From sequence record PV808484.1: a DNA stretch of 64,000 nt; one strand, given 5' to 3'. Shown here piece after piece: positions 18,313 through 28,116 of the stretch. Position numbers and translations under genes: made by a program. The stretch's first letter is position 1, and every line of letters starts with the position of its first letter. The DNA is from a phage. The notes under the pieces were generated by a model that was not told where the DNA came from, searched no databases, and worked only from the letters and a program-made list of their open reading frames with translations.

Positions 18313-18525
18313 ATGACAATGTTGCTTCGTATGTTTGTGTTTCTTATGTTCTGGATTATCGTTGGTAACGGTATTGTGTTTTTGATTTTTCCTGAAGTAA
18401 TGACAGGTAATGAAAATAAGGCAGTGCCTTACATTATGCTTATCGGTTACGGTATTGGTACACTCGGATTACTGTTTGCTGACTGGTTAGTCAATACTTT
18501 GTTCTCTAAGTACAGGAACAACTAA
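18313..18525 (+). CDS. small membrane protein (two predicted TM helices)
   Basis: ORF track; hydrophobic. Confidence 0.5.
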   Translation: MTMLLRMFVFLMFWIIVGNGIVFLIFPEVMTGNENKAVPYIMLIGYGIGTLGLLFADWLVNTLFSKYRNN

Positions 18526-18526
18526 T

Positions 18527-18799
18527 ATGTCGGAAAAATTACCTAATGTTTTCTTTTGTTTTGTAGATTGTGTTACACAAGAAATTATAGTTGACGAAGA
18601 AGGTATGTTTACTTATTTTGCATCTGAAGAAGAGGTAAAACTGTCAGCTATGAAATGTATAAGCCAATTGTCAGTACCTGCTGTCAACAGGTTCGGTATT
18701 GCACAGGTGTATAAAACAGTAACAGAGTTTACACCAGATCGAAAACTAACTTTTCTTAACGTTCACTTTGTTTGTAAGTTTAGTGAACTACGACATTAA
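18527..18799 (+). CDS. hypothetical protein
   Basis: ORF track. Confidence 0.45.
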   Translation: MSEKLPNVFFCFVDCVTQEIIVDEEGMFTYFASEEEVKLSAMKCISQLSVPAVNRFGIAQVYKTVTEFTPDRKLTFLNVHFVCKFSELRH

Positions 18800-18812
18800 A
18801 TCAGGAGTGAAA

Positions 18813-19412
18813 ATGAAAGAATATTGGAGTGGTGAGAAGGGCTTACTAAAGCCAGGAATGCTTTTGCGAGTGAAGAACATGTTGATCACACAAGATTACA
18901 TAATGCCTAATCCTGGAGCATTAGTAGAATTCCTTACTGCGCGAGATCAACCTGGGGTTGGTGAAATGTGGATTGTAACGTGGATATCTCTCGATGGTAA
19001 ATTGCGCGTTGCTCCTATTGACCCAAAACACCTAGAATCTCCTTACGCCAGTATTGATCCTCGGATCATAGATTTGGCTAGAGTTTATAAAGCTCGTACT
19101 GGTGTAGAATTAAATGTGGAAATTTTAAATCAATGTATTGACTTCTTACCGGAAAAAGTGCATAATGCACAACAAGAAGGTAACGGTTTAGAAGTTGTTC
19201 TTCTTAATGATGGGATGTTCTCTGGTTTGGCATCCGTAGATTTTCCAATAACATTAAGATTGTTACCTGGAGAATATGTACTGGATGAAGATACTATTGC
19301 TATATCCTCTAAAATTTTAGAACTCATTCCAGGTGCAAGGTGTGTTGGTGATACATCTTCCTTGCTGTTTACTCTGAATGAAGAAGCCATTATAGTTAAA
19401 AAGGAGAAGTAA
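18813..19412 (+). CDS. hypothetical protein
   Basis: internal ATG 18813 with CAGGAG RBS. Confidence 0.5.
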   Translation: MKEYWSGEKGLLKPGMLLRVKNMLITQDYIMPNPGALVEFLTARDQPGVGEMWIVTWISLDGKLRVAPIDPKHLESPYASIDPRIIDLARVYKARTGVELNVEILNQCIDFLPEKVHNAQQEGNGLEVVLLNDGMFSGLASVDFPITLRLLPGEYVLDEDTIAISSKILELIPGARCVGDTSSLLFTLNEEAIIVKKEK

Positions 19413-19517
19413 ATGATGACGTTTATTGTTGGTGTTATTGTTGGTTATTTTGGTCACAAGTACCAGGATGTTATCATCGCTAAAGTTGACGAAGTAATCG
19501 AAAAATTTAAACACTAA
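19413..19517 (+). CDS. small hydrophobic protein (34 aa)
   Basis: ATG directly after upstream stop. Confidence 0.3.
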   Translation: MMTFIVGVIVGYFGHKYQDVIIAKVDEVIEKFKH

Positions 19518-19568
19518 TTTTTTAAAAGGCTGTACTGCTGTGCAGCCTATCTTTCAAAGGAGAGTAAA

Positions 19569-19742
19569 ATGTTCAAAGATACCAATTATAAATGTGTACA
19601 TTGCGGTAAATCTTTTGGTGATCACAAAGCTAAAACATTCAATTGTCCACGAAAAGGGCGGGGTAGCTTTAAAGGTTTTAATCCATCCCACGTTTACTCT
19701 CCCAACTACGACAAACCAGAAGAAGAAAAATTTGTAATCTGA
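19569..19742 (+). CDS. small zinc-finger-like protein (CxxC...H...C, 57 aa)
   Basis: AAAGGAG RBS 7 nt upstream of ATG 19569; preferred over the ORF-track frame 19540..19737. Confidence 0.4.
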   Translation: MFKDTNYKCVHCGKSFGDHKAKTFNCPRKGRGSFKGFNPSHVYSPNYDKPEEEKFVI

Positions 19743-19751
19743 GGAGGCAAT

Positions 19752-20039
19752 ATGGAACTAGTGCAAGAAGTTTATGAAAAACTGAAAGAAGAGAATCTTG
19801 ATTGGCCTGAACATGCTCTTATTGTCGTCAAAGATACTAATGGTGAAATAAAATTCTCAAGTGTAAGTGAAGATGATGTTGTTTTAAGTCCTACAGGGTA
19901 TTATATGAGAGGTGTTACGTGTCTATTCAACACCAAAGTGTATCCTGAAATTAAACTTAGTTACGGTGAACCTGATCATCCAGAAATCGTTACACGTAAT
20001 GAATATGAAAATTATTATTTTGCTCGTGAAAGCAAATAA
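19752..20039 (+). CDS. hypothetical protein
   Basis: ORF track; GAGGAGG RBS. Confidence 0.5.
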   Translation: MELVQEVYEKLKEENLDWPEHALIVVKDTNGEIKFSSVSEDDVVLSPTGYYMRGVTCLFNTKVYPEIKLSYGEPDHPEIVTRNEYENYYFARESK

Positions 20040-20047
20040 GGAAAACT

Positions 20048-20371
20048 ATGCAAAAAATAAACACTGGTTCTCGTCCTAAACAGAAGCAAACAAAAGCAAG
20101 GGTATCTTATGTTGACAACTCTTGTTATAATTTCAAAAATGTTAAAGAAGTTATCATTGATGAAAAAGAAGGTTTGATTCACATTTCATCTGAACGTTTG
20201 AAAGGTAGTGTTACTCTTCGTGAGAATGTATCTATACCTATGAAAGTTGTGGCTACACTCTGTGTTGATAAGCCAGATGTTGTTAACTACTATGTGTTCC
20301 GTGATAGTTGTATTTCATTACATAATAAGATTTTTAAATCTTCGCACGTTAAAACAAAACACATTGTATAA
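20048..20371 (+). CDS. hypothetical protein
   Basis: ORF track. Confidence 0.5.
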   Translation: MQKINTGSRPKQKQTKARVSYVDNSCYNFKNVKEVIIDEKEGLIHISSERLKGSVTLRENVSIPMKVVATLCVDKPDVVNYYVFRDSCISLHNKIFKSSHVKTKHIV

Positions 20372-20377
20372 CACATA

Positions 20378-20400
20378 AACCCGCTTCGGCGGGTTTTCTT
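20378..20400 (+). terminator. intrinsic terminator AAACCCGC-TTCG-GCGGGTTT plus T-run
   Basis: read directly. Confidence 0.6.
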
Positions 20401-20456
20401 GTATATATGCTCTTTGTGTGTTTTTATTTGTCTTAGCCTAAACAGTAGGAGGTCTT

Positions 20457-20678
20457 ATGTCTGTAGTTGTAGAAGGTAGTATTGGTTTCTTAGTAGATAA
20501 CCCTCACCCTTTCGTGGTTAAGGTTCATATTCAAGAAAAGGTAAGCAACAATACGTGGTTGTGCTTGTTAGATAGTAAGATACACTCTTATACAGAGGTT
20601 TATCTTCACACTTGGCAAATTGGTACGATAACAGCAGAGGATGAATTGATAATTGAATTATATGAACGAGATCTATAG
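20457..20678 (+). CDS. hypothetical protein
   Basis: ORF track; AGGAGG RBS. Confidence 0.5.
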   Translation: MSVVVEGSIGFLVDNPHPFVVKVHIQEKVSNNTWLCLLDSKIHSYTEVYLHTWQIGTITAEDELIIELYERDL

Positions 20679-20757
20679 ATGACTTTACTAGAGAGTATCG
20701 TAGTGTTAATCATCTTTATCATTGTTGTCATAGGATATTTTACAGAAGACTAAAATA

Positions 20758-20790
20758 AAGCCCCTAGAATCGCTTCTAGGGGCTTTTGTT
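20758..20790. terminator. bidirectional terminator hairpin at the convergent strand switch
   Basis: AGCCCCTAGAA-TCGC-TTCTAGGGGCT flanked by A-run and T-run. Confidence 0.55.
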
Positions 20791-20853
20791 TGCATTAGAT
20801 AGGGAAACGTATTACTAAGATAAAAAGTGCGTTAGAATGCGTTACAGGAGGTT

Positions 20854-21111
20854 TTAGGAATGCATAAAATCTTCTTCAGGGCAGGTTGAAAGATAAGAGA
20901 TGCACGTTGGGACAACAACAACATTGTCTTTAAGGTTTGCAACCAAGCCTTTTGTAATTCCAGCCACTGCCCCGTTAATATCTGCTTGACGGATACCAAA
21001 ACCTTGTTGTGCGGATAGATAACAAAATCCCTCACCTTTCTGTTGATTATTATTGAAGTAATAAACGTAGTGCATCATAAAATGGTCTTTAACGATTTGT
21101 TCTGTGGTCAT
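20854..21111 (-). CDS. hypothetical protein
   Basis: ORF track. Confidence 0.4.
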   Translation of the reverse strand: MTTEQIVKDHFMMHYVYYFNNNQQKGEGFCYLSAQQGFGIRQADINGAVAGITKGLVANLKDNVVVVPTCISYLSTCPEEDFMHS

Positions 21112-21126
21112 AATATTCTCCTATAA

Positions 21127-21147
21127 GAAAAGGGGCTTTCGCCCCCT
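21127..21147 (-). terminator. terminator hairpin GGGGCTTTCGCCCC (recurrent element)
   Basis: same hairpin at 32417 and 45499. Confidence 0.5.
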
Positions 21148-21155
21148 TGGTCAAG

Positions 21156-21968
21156 TTACTTAGTCAAATGATCTTCTATCATTTTTATGAAAGCAGGATT
21201 GCTAAAAGCATCTGCTGCCTTTTCTCTATAAACAAAGACTCCTCTATCTTCGTAAAGAAGAGTTTCTTCGTAATTAATTCCTGGGTTAACAACAATCATT
21301 TTTGTACCCATATTAAGTGCAGGGAATAATTCCCAATTAAAATTGATAACTTGGTTTGAACATCCTACTACAACAACCAAATCTTGCATGGTCAAAGTAT
21401 CAAACAAGTGAGCCATATCTGCATACAAAGGTGCAGCCTCACCAAAAAATACAACATTAGGCTTCACCCAGTTATAATCATCTATGTTTATACTATTGTA
21501 ACCAATGTCTACCAGTGTTTTGTAATCTCCAGGATGCATACGGTAAACTACTTCAGGAAGATACCCGTGCACGTGAATAACAGAATCCCTGTCCACACCT
21601 GCTCGCTCTAGTAGATCATCAACGTTTGTTGTCAAGTTTACTACTTGGTTAGGATATTCCTTAAACCACTTTGCTATTTGAATATGTGCAGCATTAGGTT
21701 GTACATCTTTAAGCTCAACACGTCTTTTGTTATAAAATTCGTGTGTTTTGGCATACAAGTCCATACCGTTCTCGTCTACACCACCGACCACTGGAAGATC
21801 TGGAGATGTTCTCACACGATAACCTGCTTGGAAAGCTCCAATATCGCAGACCTCTTCTAAGTCATATTCTTCCCATAAGGCACGACCACTATCTGTGTCT
21901 GTTCGGAACGTTCGAATCCCACTGTCTGCACTTAAACCTGCGCCACTAACAAAAATTACTCTTCGCAT
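21156..21968 (-). CDS. sirtuin-like (Sir2/CobB family) NAD-dependent protein
   Basis: GAGLSADSGIRTFR, NVDDLLERAG, HVHGYL and VVFFGE match sirtuin signature blocks in order. Confidence 0.75.
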   Translation of the reverse strand: MRRVIFVSGAGLSADSGIRTFRTDTDSGRALWEEYDLEEVCDIGAFQAGYRVRTSPDLPVVGGVDENGMDLYAKTHEFYNKRRVELKDVQPNAAHIQIAKWFKEYPNQVVNLTTNVDDLLERAGVDRDSVIHVHGYLPEVVYRMHPGDYKTLVDIGYNSINIDDYNWVKPNVVFFGEAAPLYADMAHLFDTLTMQDLVVVVGCSNQVINFNWELFPALNMGTKMIVVNPGINYEETLLYEDRGVFVYREKAADAFSNPAFIKMIEDHLTK

Positions 21969-21979
21969 TCAATATCCTC

Positions 21980-22525
21980 TTAGTAATCATCATCCCAAGA
22001 AGATGCGTCGTAACGCTCTTCCTCTTCGAAATCCCAATTAATTTCTACTCCAAAATCTAAAAACAATTTAACAATGTTTTCTGTAGAGTAGTATTTATCA
22101 TAAGCATTAGCTAGTTCCCAATACTTGTCACTCAATTTTTTATATTTAGGATCATTATAGTCATAATCTACTTTATAACCATAATCATACATCTCTTGTT
22201 CAGCTTTAAGCATAGCTTCTGGTGTAAGAAGATTAGGGAACGGACGATTTCTTTCTTTTAACTTAGAAGCAATCCAGTTTGCAACATTCGCCACTTCACC
22301 ATCTCGATTATCACCTAAACAACTTGCATAATCTCCATCTTCGTAAGTGCCTAAATCCCCACTAACTTCATGTACAATAGACGAATACGATCCACACGTT
22401 TCACAATCTGAAAAAGTGTCTACTGTTGTAATATCAATAGATAAAACTGGTAAAGCCATAGCTTCTTTCACACAAGCCTCCTCATATAATAACATGTCAT
22501 CAAAACCCATATATCCTCCAGACAA
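21980..22525 (-). CDS. hypothetical acidic protein
   Basis: ORF track. Confidence 0.45.
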   Translation of the reverse strand: MSGGYMGFDDMLLYEEACVKEAMALPVLSIDITTVDTFSDCETCGSYSSIVHEVSGDLGTYEDGDYASCLGDNRDGEVANVANWIASKLKERNRPFPNLLTPEAMLKAEQEMYDYGYKVDYDYNDPKYKKLSDKYWELANAYDKYYSTENIVKLFLDFGVEINWDFEEEERYDASSWDDDY

Positions 22526-22564
22526 ATAAAGCCCCTGTTTGGGGCTTTGGTTAAGTTTTACGGA

Positions 22565-23176
22565 TTATACCAGACTTTTAAGGTACTTGTCAAGGGCTTC
22601 TTGATCACCTTGACAAACATAGCAACGGAAGTCTTGAGCAGAAGGTTCTTTGTCCTCGTCCCAATCCCAATAGACAGTACCTTTATAGCGTGAGCCTGGG
22701 AACTCGAAGTATGCCACATGAGTAATATGGTGTGGGCCACCCCAAAATTCTGTAAAAGTAAATTGAGGATACGCTGCTTTAACTGTATTTTCAAACCAAG
22801 TTTTACGATCTAATGCTTCGTTTATAAAATAAGCATGGCGTTCCATTTCATCCCAATCTTTCCAAACGCATTTTTCATCCAGAGAAAAAACAAAATCTTC
22901 ACTGTTAAAATCGTCTGTATCTGATTCCAAAATATCATAATCATGTGCACTAGGTATCCACCATCCAGCTTCTAATAGTGCTTTTGCAGGTACAAAACCT
23001 TTTTCAGCATATTGATCAAATTCTTTTACTCTACGTACAGTGCAGTATTCATCTTCACCACCAATGTCCAGTAGACAAGCACCTTTGCGTCTTGCTGCAA
23101 GACCATGTGTATCAAAAACTACAACACTACCTTCACCGTCTTCACGATCTACTTGATATGCAACTTTTTGAGTCAT
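22565..23176 (-). CDS. hypothetical protein
   Basis: ORF track. Confidence 0.45.
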   Translation of the reverse strand: MTQKVAYQVDREDGEGSVVVFDTHGLAARRKGACLLDIGGEDEYCTVRRVKEFDQYAEKGFVPAKALLEAGWWIPSAHDYDILESDTDDFNSEDFVFSLDEKCVWKDWDEMERHAYFINEALDRKTWFENTVKAAYPQFTFTEFWGGPHHITHVAYFEFPGSRYKGTVYWDWDEDKEPSAQDFRCYVCQGDQEALDKYLKSLV

Positions 23177-23299
23177 ATTACCCCCAATGTATATGGGAAA
23201 TTAACCAAAAGATAAATTCCCAAAAACACCAACCAAGAAAAGTTAATGGAATTATAAAGGCTATCAGAGCAGTCTTCCAGCCTTTCCACAATGTTTCCA

Positions 23300-24289
23300 C
23301 TATTCCTCCATACATTTAAGAATATGTGCAATGACAGGTATAGTCCAACCGTTACCTAACATCTTATATGCTTGTGTGTTACTACTCACTTTAAAGTAAT
23401 CATCTGGCACACCTTGCAAGCGGCAACACTCTTTAACCGTTAACTTTCTATAATGTACGCCTTCACTCAATTTTTCAAAGGCATCTAGATATCTTCCAGG
23501 TGGAATGTAGGCTAATAGTACGTCTTTAGGCACAGTCGTGAGGCAACGAGTTTTTTCACTGTCCTGAACTTCCAAACAATGTACCAAACGATCAGTTTTA
23601 GATGTACTACGTTTGCCATTTTCATTAATTCTACGCCCATATATTGCTGCCGGATAAAAAACCAGTTGTCTGCGACTCTTTTCAAAATACTGTTCTATAT
23701 TACCACCTTTGGCATAATTTGCATCTATGCAATAAGCCTTATCTCTGTCTACAATACTATCATCTTCAATGATATCTTGCAACACTTCATTGGTAATCTC
23801 CCAGGGTTTTATTTCCCAGTTGCACCAGTATAAACGTTGTCTATTCTGTGCCGTGAAATCTGCGGAGTTAATGAATACGGGATCAACACCTAAGTAACTT
23901 GTGATCACGTTTTCCCACTCCACTTTCATCTTAACGTTTTCAAGCATGAACTTAACATTAGGATTAAACTTTTTAATATGTTCAAGAATTTCAACATATT
24001 CGAAGAATAGCTTAGATCGCGGATCTTGAAAGTTCAAACCCTTACCAGAAGAAGAGAAGCCTTGACACGGACTACCACCTAACAAAAGATCAATTTCTCC
24101 CCACGGGATATCCCATTCTCTCCATTTTGTAACATCACCTAACTGAATAATATCTGGAAAATTTGCTTGGCTTTCAGCTACGGCAAATTTGTCTAATTCT
24201 GAAGCGTAATATGTATCTACTTCAATACCTGCACTTTTTAGCGCAAGCATTCCTCCTGACATACCATCAAAAAGACTTAAAACTTTCAT
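23300..24289 (-). CDS. dcm: DNA (cytosine-5)-methyltransferase
   Basis: LFDGMSGG (motif I), GGSPCQGFS (motif IV), ENV (motif VI). Confidence 0.85.
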   Translation of the reverse strand: MKVLSLFDGMSGGMLALKSAGIEVDTYYASELDKFAVAESQANFPDIIQLGDVTKWREWDIPWGEIDLLLGGSPCQGFSSSGKGLNFQDPRSKLFFEYVEILEHIKKFNPNVKFMLENVKMKVEWENVITSYLGVDPVFINSADFTAQNRQRLYWCNWEIKPWEITNEVLQDIIEDDSIVDRDKAYCIDANYAKGGNIEQYFEKSRRQLVFYPAAIYGRRINENGKRSTSKTDRLVHCLEVQDSEKTRCLTTVPKDVLLAYIPPGRYLDAFEKLSEGVHYRKLTVKECCRLQGVPDDYFKVSSNTQAYKMLGNGWTIPVIAHILKCMEE

Positions 24290-24291
24290 TA

Positions 24292-24702
24292 TTACTTCTT
24301 CTCCTTAACACTAGCTGGTAATTCTGCCTTGAGGCAGAAGTTTAAACGGTAAGCCTCATTCTCATTTAAAAGTACAGATTCACACGATAACCAGAACAAG
24401 AGATCCTCAATACCAGGACTGTTAAGCCAACAGTGCAGAAGAGAATGTTGTTCTATATCAATGTAATTTAGTAACAAGGCTTGTAAGGCGTAACTAGTTC
24501 CTGTCGTTTTTGCTTTTTCAAGGATGATATTGTGTTTACTAACAACTTTCTTCCTAAGACCAAACCATTTATTAACAACAACAGTCTCTTCTTGTAGTTG
24601 TTTTCTTATTTTCTCACATTCTTTAACTACAATCTGCATCTTATCCACTGCTGATTGAAGTTGTTCTTTTGTTGGGTTTACAAAATAATCACTATAATAC
24701 AT
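24292..24702 (-). CDS. hypothetical protein
   Basis: ORF track. Confidence 0.45.
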   Translation of the reverse strand: MYYSDYFVNPTKEQLQSAVDKMQIVVKECEKIRKQLQEETVVVNKWFGLRKKVVSKHNIILEKAKTTGTSYALQALLLNYIDIEQHSLLHCWLNSPGIEDLLFWLSCESVLLNENEAYRLNFCLKAELPASVKEKK

Positions 24703-24784
24703 GCTAAACTCCTCTTCTGTTTTTCTGTAGTCTATTCGAAAAAACTGGTGTTGTCAACAAAAAACCCGCCGAAGCGGGTTTATA

Positions 24785-25042
24785 TTATTCTACAGGAACT
24801 TCTTCACCAAGAGAAACTTCTAAACGGAATGCTTTACTTTCAATACATTCACTACCTTTTAAGAAATCGAATTGCACTATAGACTGACTTAATAGAATAG
24901 ATAGAATCACATCGCAATCTTCACTAGGGGCTAGATGTTTGTATTCTTCCTTCAAGGTAACATCATAAAAACATAAGTCCCCTACTCCTAGTTCATCCCA
25001 TCCTTCCCATGCATCTACAAAGTTAAATTCTAAACCTTTCAT
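24785..25042 (-). CDS. hypothetical protein
   Basis: ORF track. Confidence 0.4.
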   Translation of the reverse strand: MKGLEFNFVDAWEGWDELGVGDLCFYDVTLKEEYKHLAPSEDCDVILSILLSQSIVQFDFLKGSECIESKAFRLEVSLGEEVPVE

Positions 25043-25563
25043 ACAACCTCCTCGTAATCGTTATTGTGTTTTACTGTCTCAACATACAATAAAGATTCCA
25101 TCTGTAATACATTACCAGAAAGAATAAACCCATAAGCCATTTCAGATGTGTCTATATCATATGCCCCGTCTTCCGGTTTAGCAAAGTGTAAAACTATTTC
25201 ATCTGGGTTTTCTGCATCCCATAGTTTAGAAATTTTCCGAACCAGAATGTTAGCTAAAATAGTTGACATTCGGGATAAAGCTGTATCCTCATATCTTTTA
25301 AAACCTAGCCAATAGAGGTTAAGAATTTCTACTTCTTCTTGTGTTAAGTTTTTGTCTAAAGTAATCAGATCTGTAGAGCACGGCGTTTTTGTTGAACCTA
25401 CTGTTACAAAACCTGGAGTGTTATGAAAAACAATCTTAACTTTATCACGTATAAAGTTTAAACCTTGTGCCTCAACTATATATTGTATTGTAGGTACAAT
25501 ATCGTTTGTTACATCAATAAAACTATCTTTAATGACGCTTATATTATTTCTGGACAAGACCAT
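25039..25563 (-). CDS. hypothetical protein
   Basis: ORF track. Confidence 0.45.
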   Translation of the reverse strand: MVLSRNNISVIKDSFIDVTNDIVPTIQYIVEAQGLNFIRDKVKIVFHNTPGFVTVGSTKTPCSTDLITLDKNLTQEEVEILNLYWLGFKRYEDTALSRMSTILANILVRKISKLWDAENPDEIVLHFAKPEDGAYDIDTSEMAYGFILSGNVLQMESLLYVETVKHNNDYEEVV

Positions 25564-26122
25564 TCTCCTCTAAAATAGGCTTAATAAATTCGAAAATTTG
25601 TTTTTTACTTTTACCTCGAATATTAAAACAAGGAACATTAAACTTTTTAGCCAACATCCAAGCTGTTCTTGTACCACCTAAAGGATCTCCATTTTTATCT
25701 GTATTTGCACAAGCTAAAAGAAAACAAGATGGTTTTGGATTCTCAAGATCTCTTCCAAGAACTTGGTGGATATTTCTTTGATGTAATTTTTTAGCACCTT
25801 GAGATAATCTGTCCCAAGCTGGATGCAATTCTTTTGCATATTGCAAGGTTAGAGCATAGTTTACACTATCTGGTCTGTCAAGAACAATAACCTCTCCCTC
25901 TATTTCATTACCTTTAAACGAGAGCCAAGGGATGTATATTTCTTTCTTTGTATTGTTCCCACTATCATATACCCCGCATTCAAATGCGGAATCTGCACCT
26001 TCTGCTTTACCGGATCGCAAAATGAACCATGTAGATAACCATTTTGCAACAGATACCATAGTATCCCATTCTTCGTCTGTAATATCTCTGCTACCAACAC
26101 CTGTGTAGAATAAATCGCTCAT
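25544..26122 (-). CDS. Rossmann-fold nucleotide-binding protein, possibly SLOG/DprA-like
   Basis: start moved to ATG 26122 (AAGGAG RBS); YTGVGSRDIT and GKAEGADSAFECG glycine-rich loops; family assignment tentative. Confidence 0.35.
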   Translation of the reverse strand: MSDLFYTGVGSRDITDEEWDTMVSVAKWLSTWFILRSGKAEGADSAFECGVYDSGNNTKKEIYIPWLSFKGNEIEGEVIVLDRPDSVNYALTLQYAKELHPAWDRLSQGAKKLHQRNIHQVLGRDLENPKPSCFLLACANTDKNGDPLGGTRTAWMLAKKFNVPCFNIRGKSKKQIFEFIKPILEENGLVQK

Positions 26123-26132
26123 GGTTTTCTCC

Positions 26133-26453
26133 TTAACAAGTAATATTGGGAGTAACAATTGGATTAACAATTGGAGTAATAGGGTACGTAAACCAAGGGC
26201 TTCCAATTTCCCAAGGATAATAAGGTCTACGAGGATCGTATGGAGGAGTTACTTCAGGCTTTTTCCAAATCTCCGCTAATTGTTTCTTCCATTTATCCCT
26301 TGCTGTCTCATTATCTTCATCCAACTGTTCATCATTATCTTTTATTTCTGGTTTTGGAAATAAAAGCTCTTTGACTAATTCAACATCTTCCGTCTCAATA
26401 GTAGTTTCTTTCGTAAGTTCTCCTACTGTTTCTTTAATTGTGATTTTATACAT
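26133..26453 (-). CDS. hypothetical Pro-rich protein
   Basis: ORF track. Confidence 0.4.
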   Translation of the reverse strand: MYKITIKETVGELTKETTIETEDVELVKELLFPKPEIKDNDEQLDEDNETARDKWKKQLAEIWKKPEVTPPYDPRRPYYPWEIGSPWFTYPITPIVNPIVTPNITC

Positions 26454-27199
26454 TAGTCCTCCTCTAAAGTAGAATAAAATTGTAACGTATTTGAATCATC
26501 AAAATATGCAAAGGTTAAATTACCATTGAAGCAAGATCCTGTGTCCATATATACCCTATTACTGCTAATCACAGGTTTAGGAACATAAGAATGCCCGTGA
26601 AATACATAATCTACTCCTGAAACCCTAGGAAGAAGAATTCCTTCAAGTGCGCAATCTATCATATCACGATCCCACATTAAAGATTCTGTGAATCGAGAAA
26701 CTTGCTCTTTATTCATATTCAAACAAAATGGCAAAACTTCTGTCACTGGCAAATGTTCCAAAACTGAAGGATACCCACCGTGAATAAAGCCTAGTTTCAT
26801 ATTACGATAATTGACAACAAGTACAACAGGTAAATCTTCTAGCATCAAAGCAAGAGCAGTTGCACCCTCTTCTCCACACTCGTCTAGAACTGTATGGCCT
26901 CCGTTCTGAAACCAACATTCGTAATATCGTCTATCACCTTCTAGCAACCCTTTAATCATCATATCTTCATGGTTCCCACGAATAGCATAACGATTTAGCT
27001 TTCTGGTGAATTCAACAACACAACGAAAATTCTGCTTGCCGCGATCTGTAAGATCTCCTAAAGATACAACAACATCTTGATCTCGGATACCTAAAGTATT
27101 AACACCTTTCTGGTACAAATCAAAGCAACCATGTAAATCACCAATAATAAACAGGTCTTGATCATCTTTTACACTAATTTCTTGATATACTAACATCAA
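26453..27199 (-). CDS. PPP-family Ser/Thr protein phosphatase (lambda-phosphatase-like)
   Basis: GDLHG, GDLTDRG and GNHE metallophosphoesterase motifs in canonical order. Confidence 0.85.
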   Translation of the reverse strand: MMLVYQEISVKDDQDLFIIGDLHGCFDLYQKGVNTLGIRDQDVVVSLGDLTDRGKQNFRCVVEFTRKLNRYAIRGNHEDMMIKGLLEGDRRYYECWFQNGGHTVLDECGEEGATALALMLEDLPVVLVVNYRNMKLGFIHGGYPSVLEHLPVTEVLPFCLNMNKEQVSRFTESLMWDRDMIDCALEGILLPRVSGVDYVFHGHSYVPKPVISSNRVYMDTGSCFNGNLTFAYFDDSNTLQFYSTLEED

Positions 27200-27522
27200 C
27201 TCTCCTCAAAATCCATAAGTATAAAGATATTAACTTTACCTTCTATATTATGTTCTACAACAAGATCTGCAAATTCTTTGTAGGCTTTTTCTTCTATTTG
27301 TTCAATGTGAGACGCTACATCTTTGTATATAGCGTCACCATCTACTTTAACAAGGAGGAATAGAGATCTTACTTCAATCTCTTTATTTTTACGGGGTAGA
27401 AAATCGACGGCTTCTTGTATACGCCAGCCGAGATACCCTGGAGTCCTTTGAATATCCTCCAAATGACTTTCTAAGATTTCCCTTCCTTTGTCTATTAAAG
27501 CCTGTTCTGTCGTTATTTTCAT
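27196..27522 (-). CDS. hypothetical protein
   Basis: ORF track. Confidence 0.45.
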   Translation of the reverse strand: MKITTEQALIDKGREILESHLEDIQRTPGYLGWRIQEAVDFLPRKNKEIEVRSLFLLVKVDGDAIYKDVASHIEQIEEKAYKEFADLVVEHNIEGKVNIFILMDFEES

Positions 27523-27532
27523 CCCCTTCTCC

Positions 27533-28105
27533 TTAATGTGTTAATGAAACTGCGTAGCTAAACACAGGTTCAGATATTACATCGGCTACAGTAATAAAAA
27601 CGTCTTCGTCTTGAGTTGTTTCTACACGACATACAGTTACACCATTCACCACGAATTCAACGCAATGTGGAATATTTTCACAAACGAAGGTAGTGTAAGT
27701 AACACCCAAAGCATCATACAAAGATTTAACAGTGTTTGCAAGTGCCGCAGTTTCTTCTTTTTCTGAGACAATGAATGCTGTAACAACAAGATTGTTTGCA
27801 TAGTTTAGACTGTCCTCTATAGCCAATGATTTACAAGGTAGTAATGCAAAATATTTACCTGGTTTAATCAGACCTGCTTCCCATTGATTCAAAATTGCCT
27901 GGGATGGTTTAGTAATATAAAACAGATTTTCACTTGGGTTATCAATATTACTTCTGGCGATACAACGTGAAGGATTATTAATATCAAACACATGATCAAA
28001 ATCTACACAAACAGGTAAACTGAAAGGTGTGAATTTTTTACCTAATAATCCTATGGCTGATAATATGTTTGCTGTGCTTATCTTCCCGTTAAAAGCTAAA
28101 CGCAT
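27533..28105 (-). CDS. hypothetical protein
   Basis: ORF track. Confidence 0.45.
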   Translation of the reverse strand: MRLAFNGKISTANILSAIGLLGKKFTPFSLPVCVDFDHVFDINNPSRCIARSNIDNPSENLFYITKPSQAILNQWEAGLIKPGKYFALLPCKSLAIEDSLNYANNLVVTAFIVSEKEETAALANTVKSLYDALGVTYTTFVCENIPHCVEFVVNGVTVCRVETTQDEDVFITVADVISEPVFSYAVSLTH

Positions 28106-28116
28106 ATTTAACTCCT

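Noticed and set aside
19540-19737. ORF-track + strand ORF of 65 aa
   Set aside because: The alternative frame 19569..19742 has a strong AAAGGAG RBS and encodes a zinc-finger-like protein; the track ORF has no RBS and a low-complexity product.
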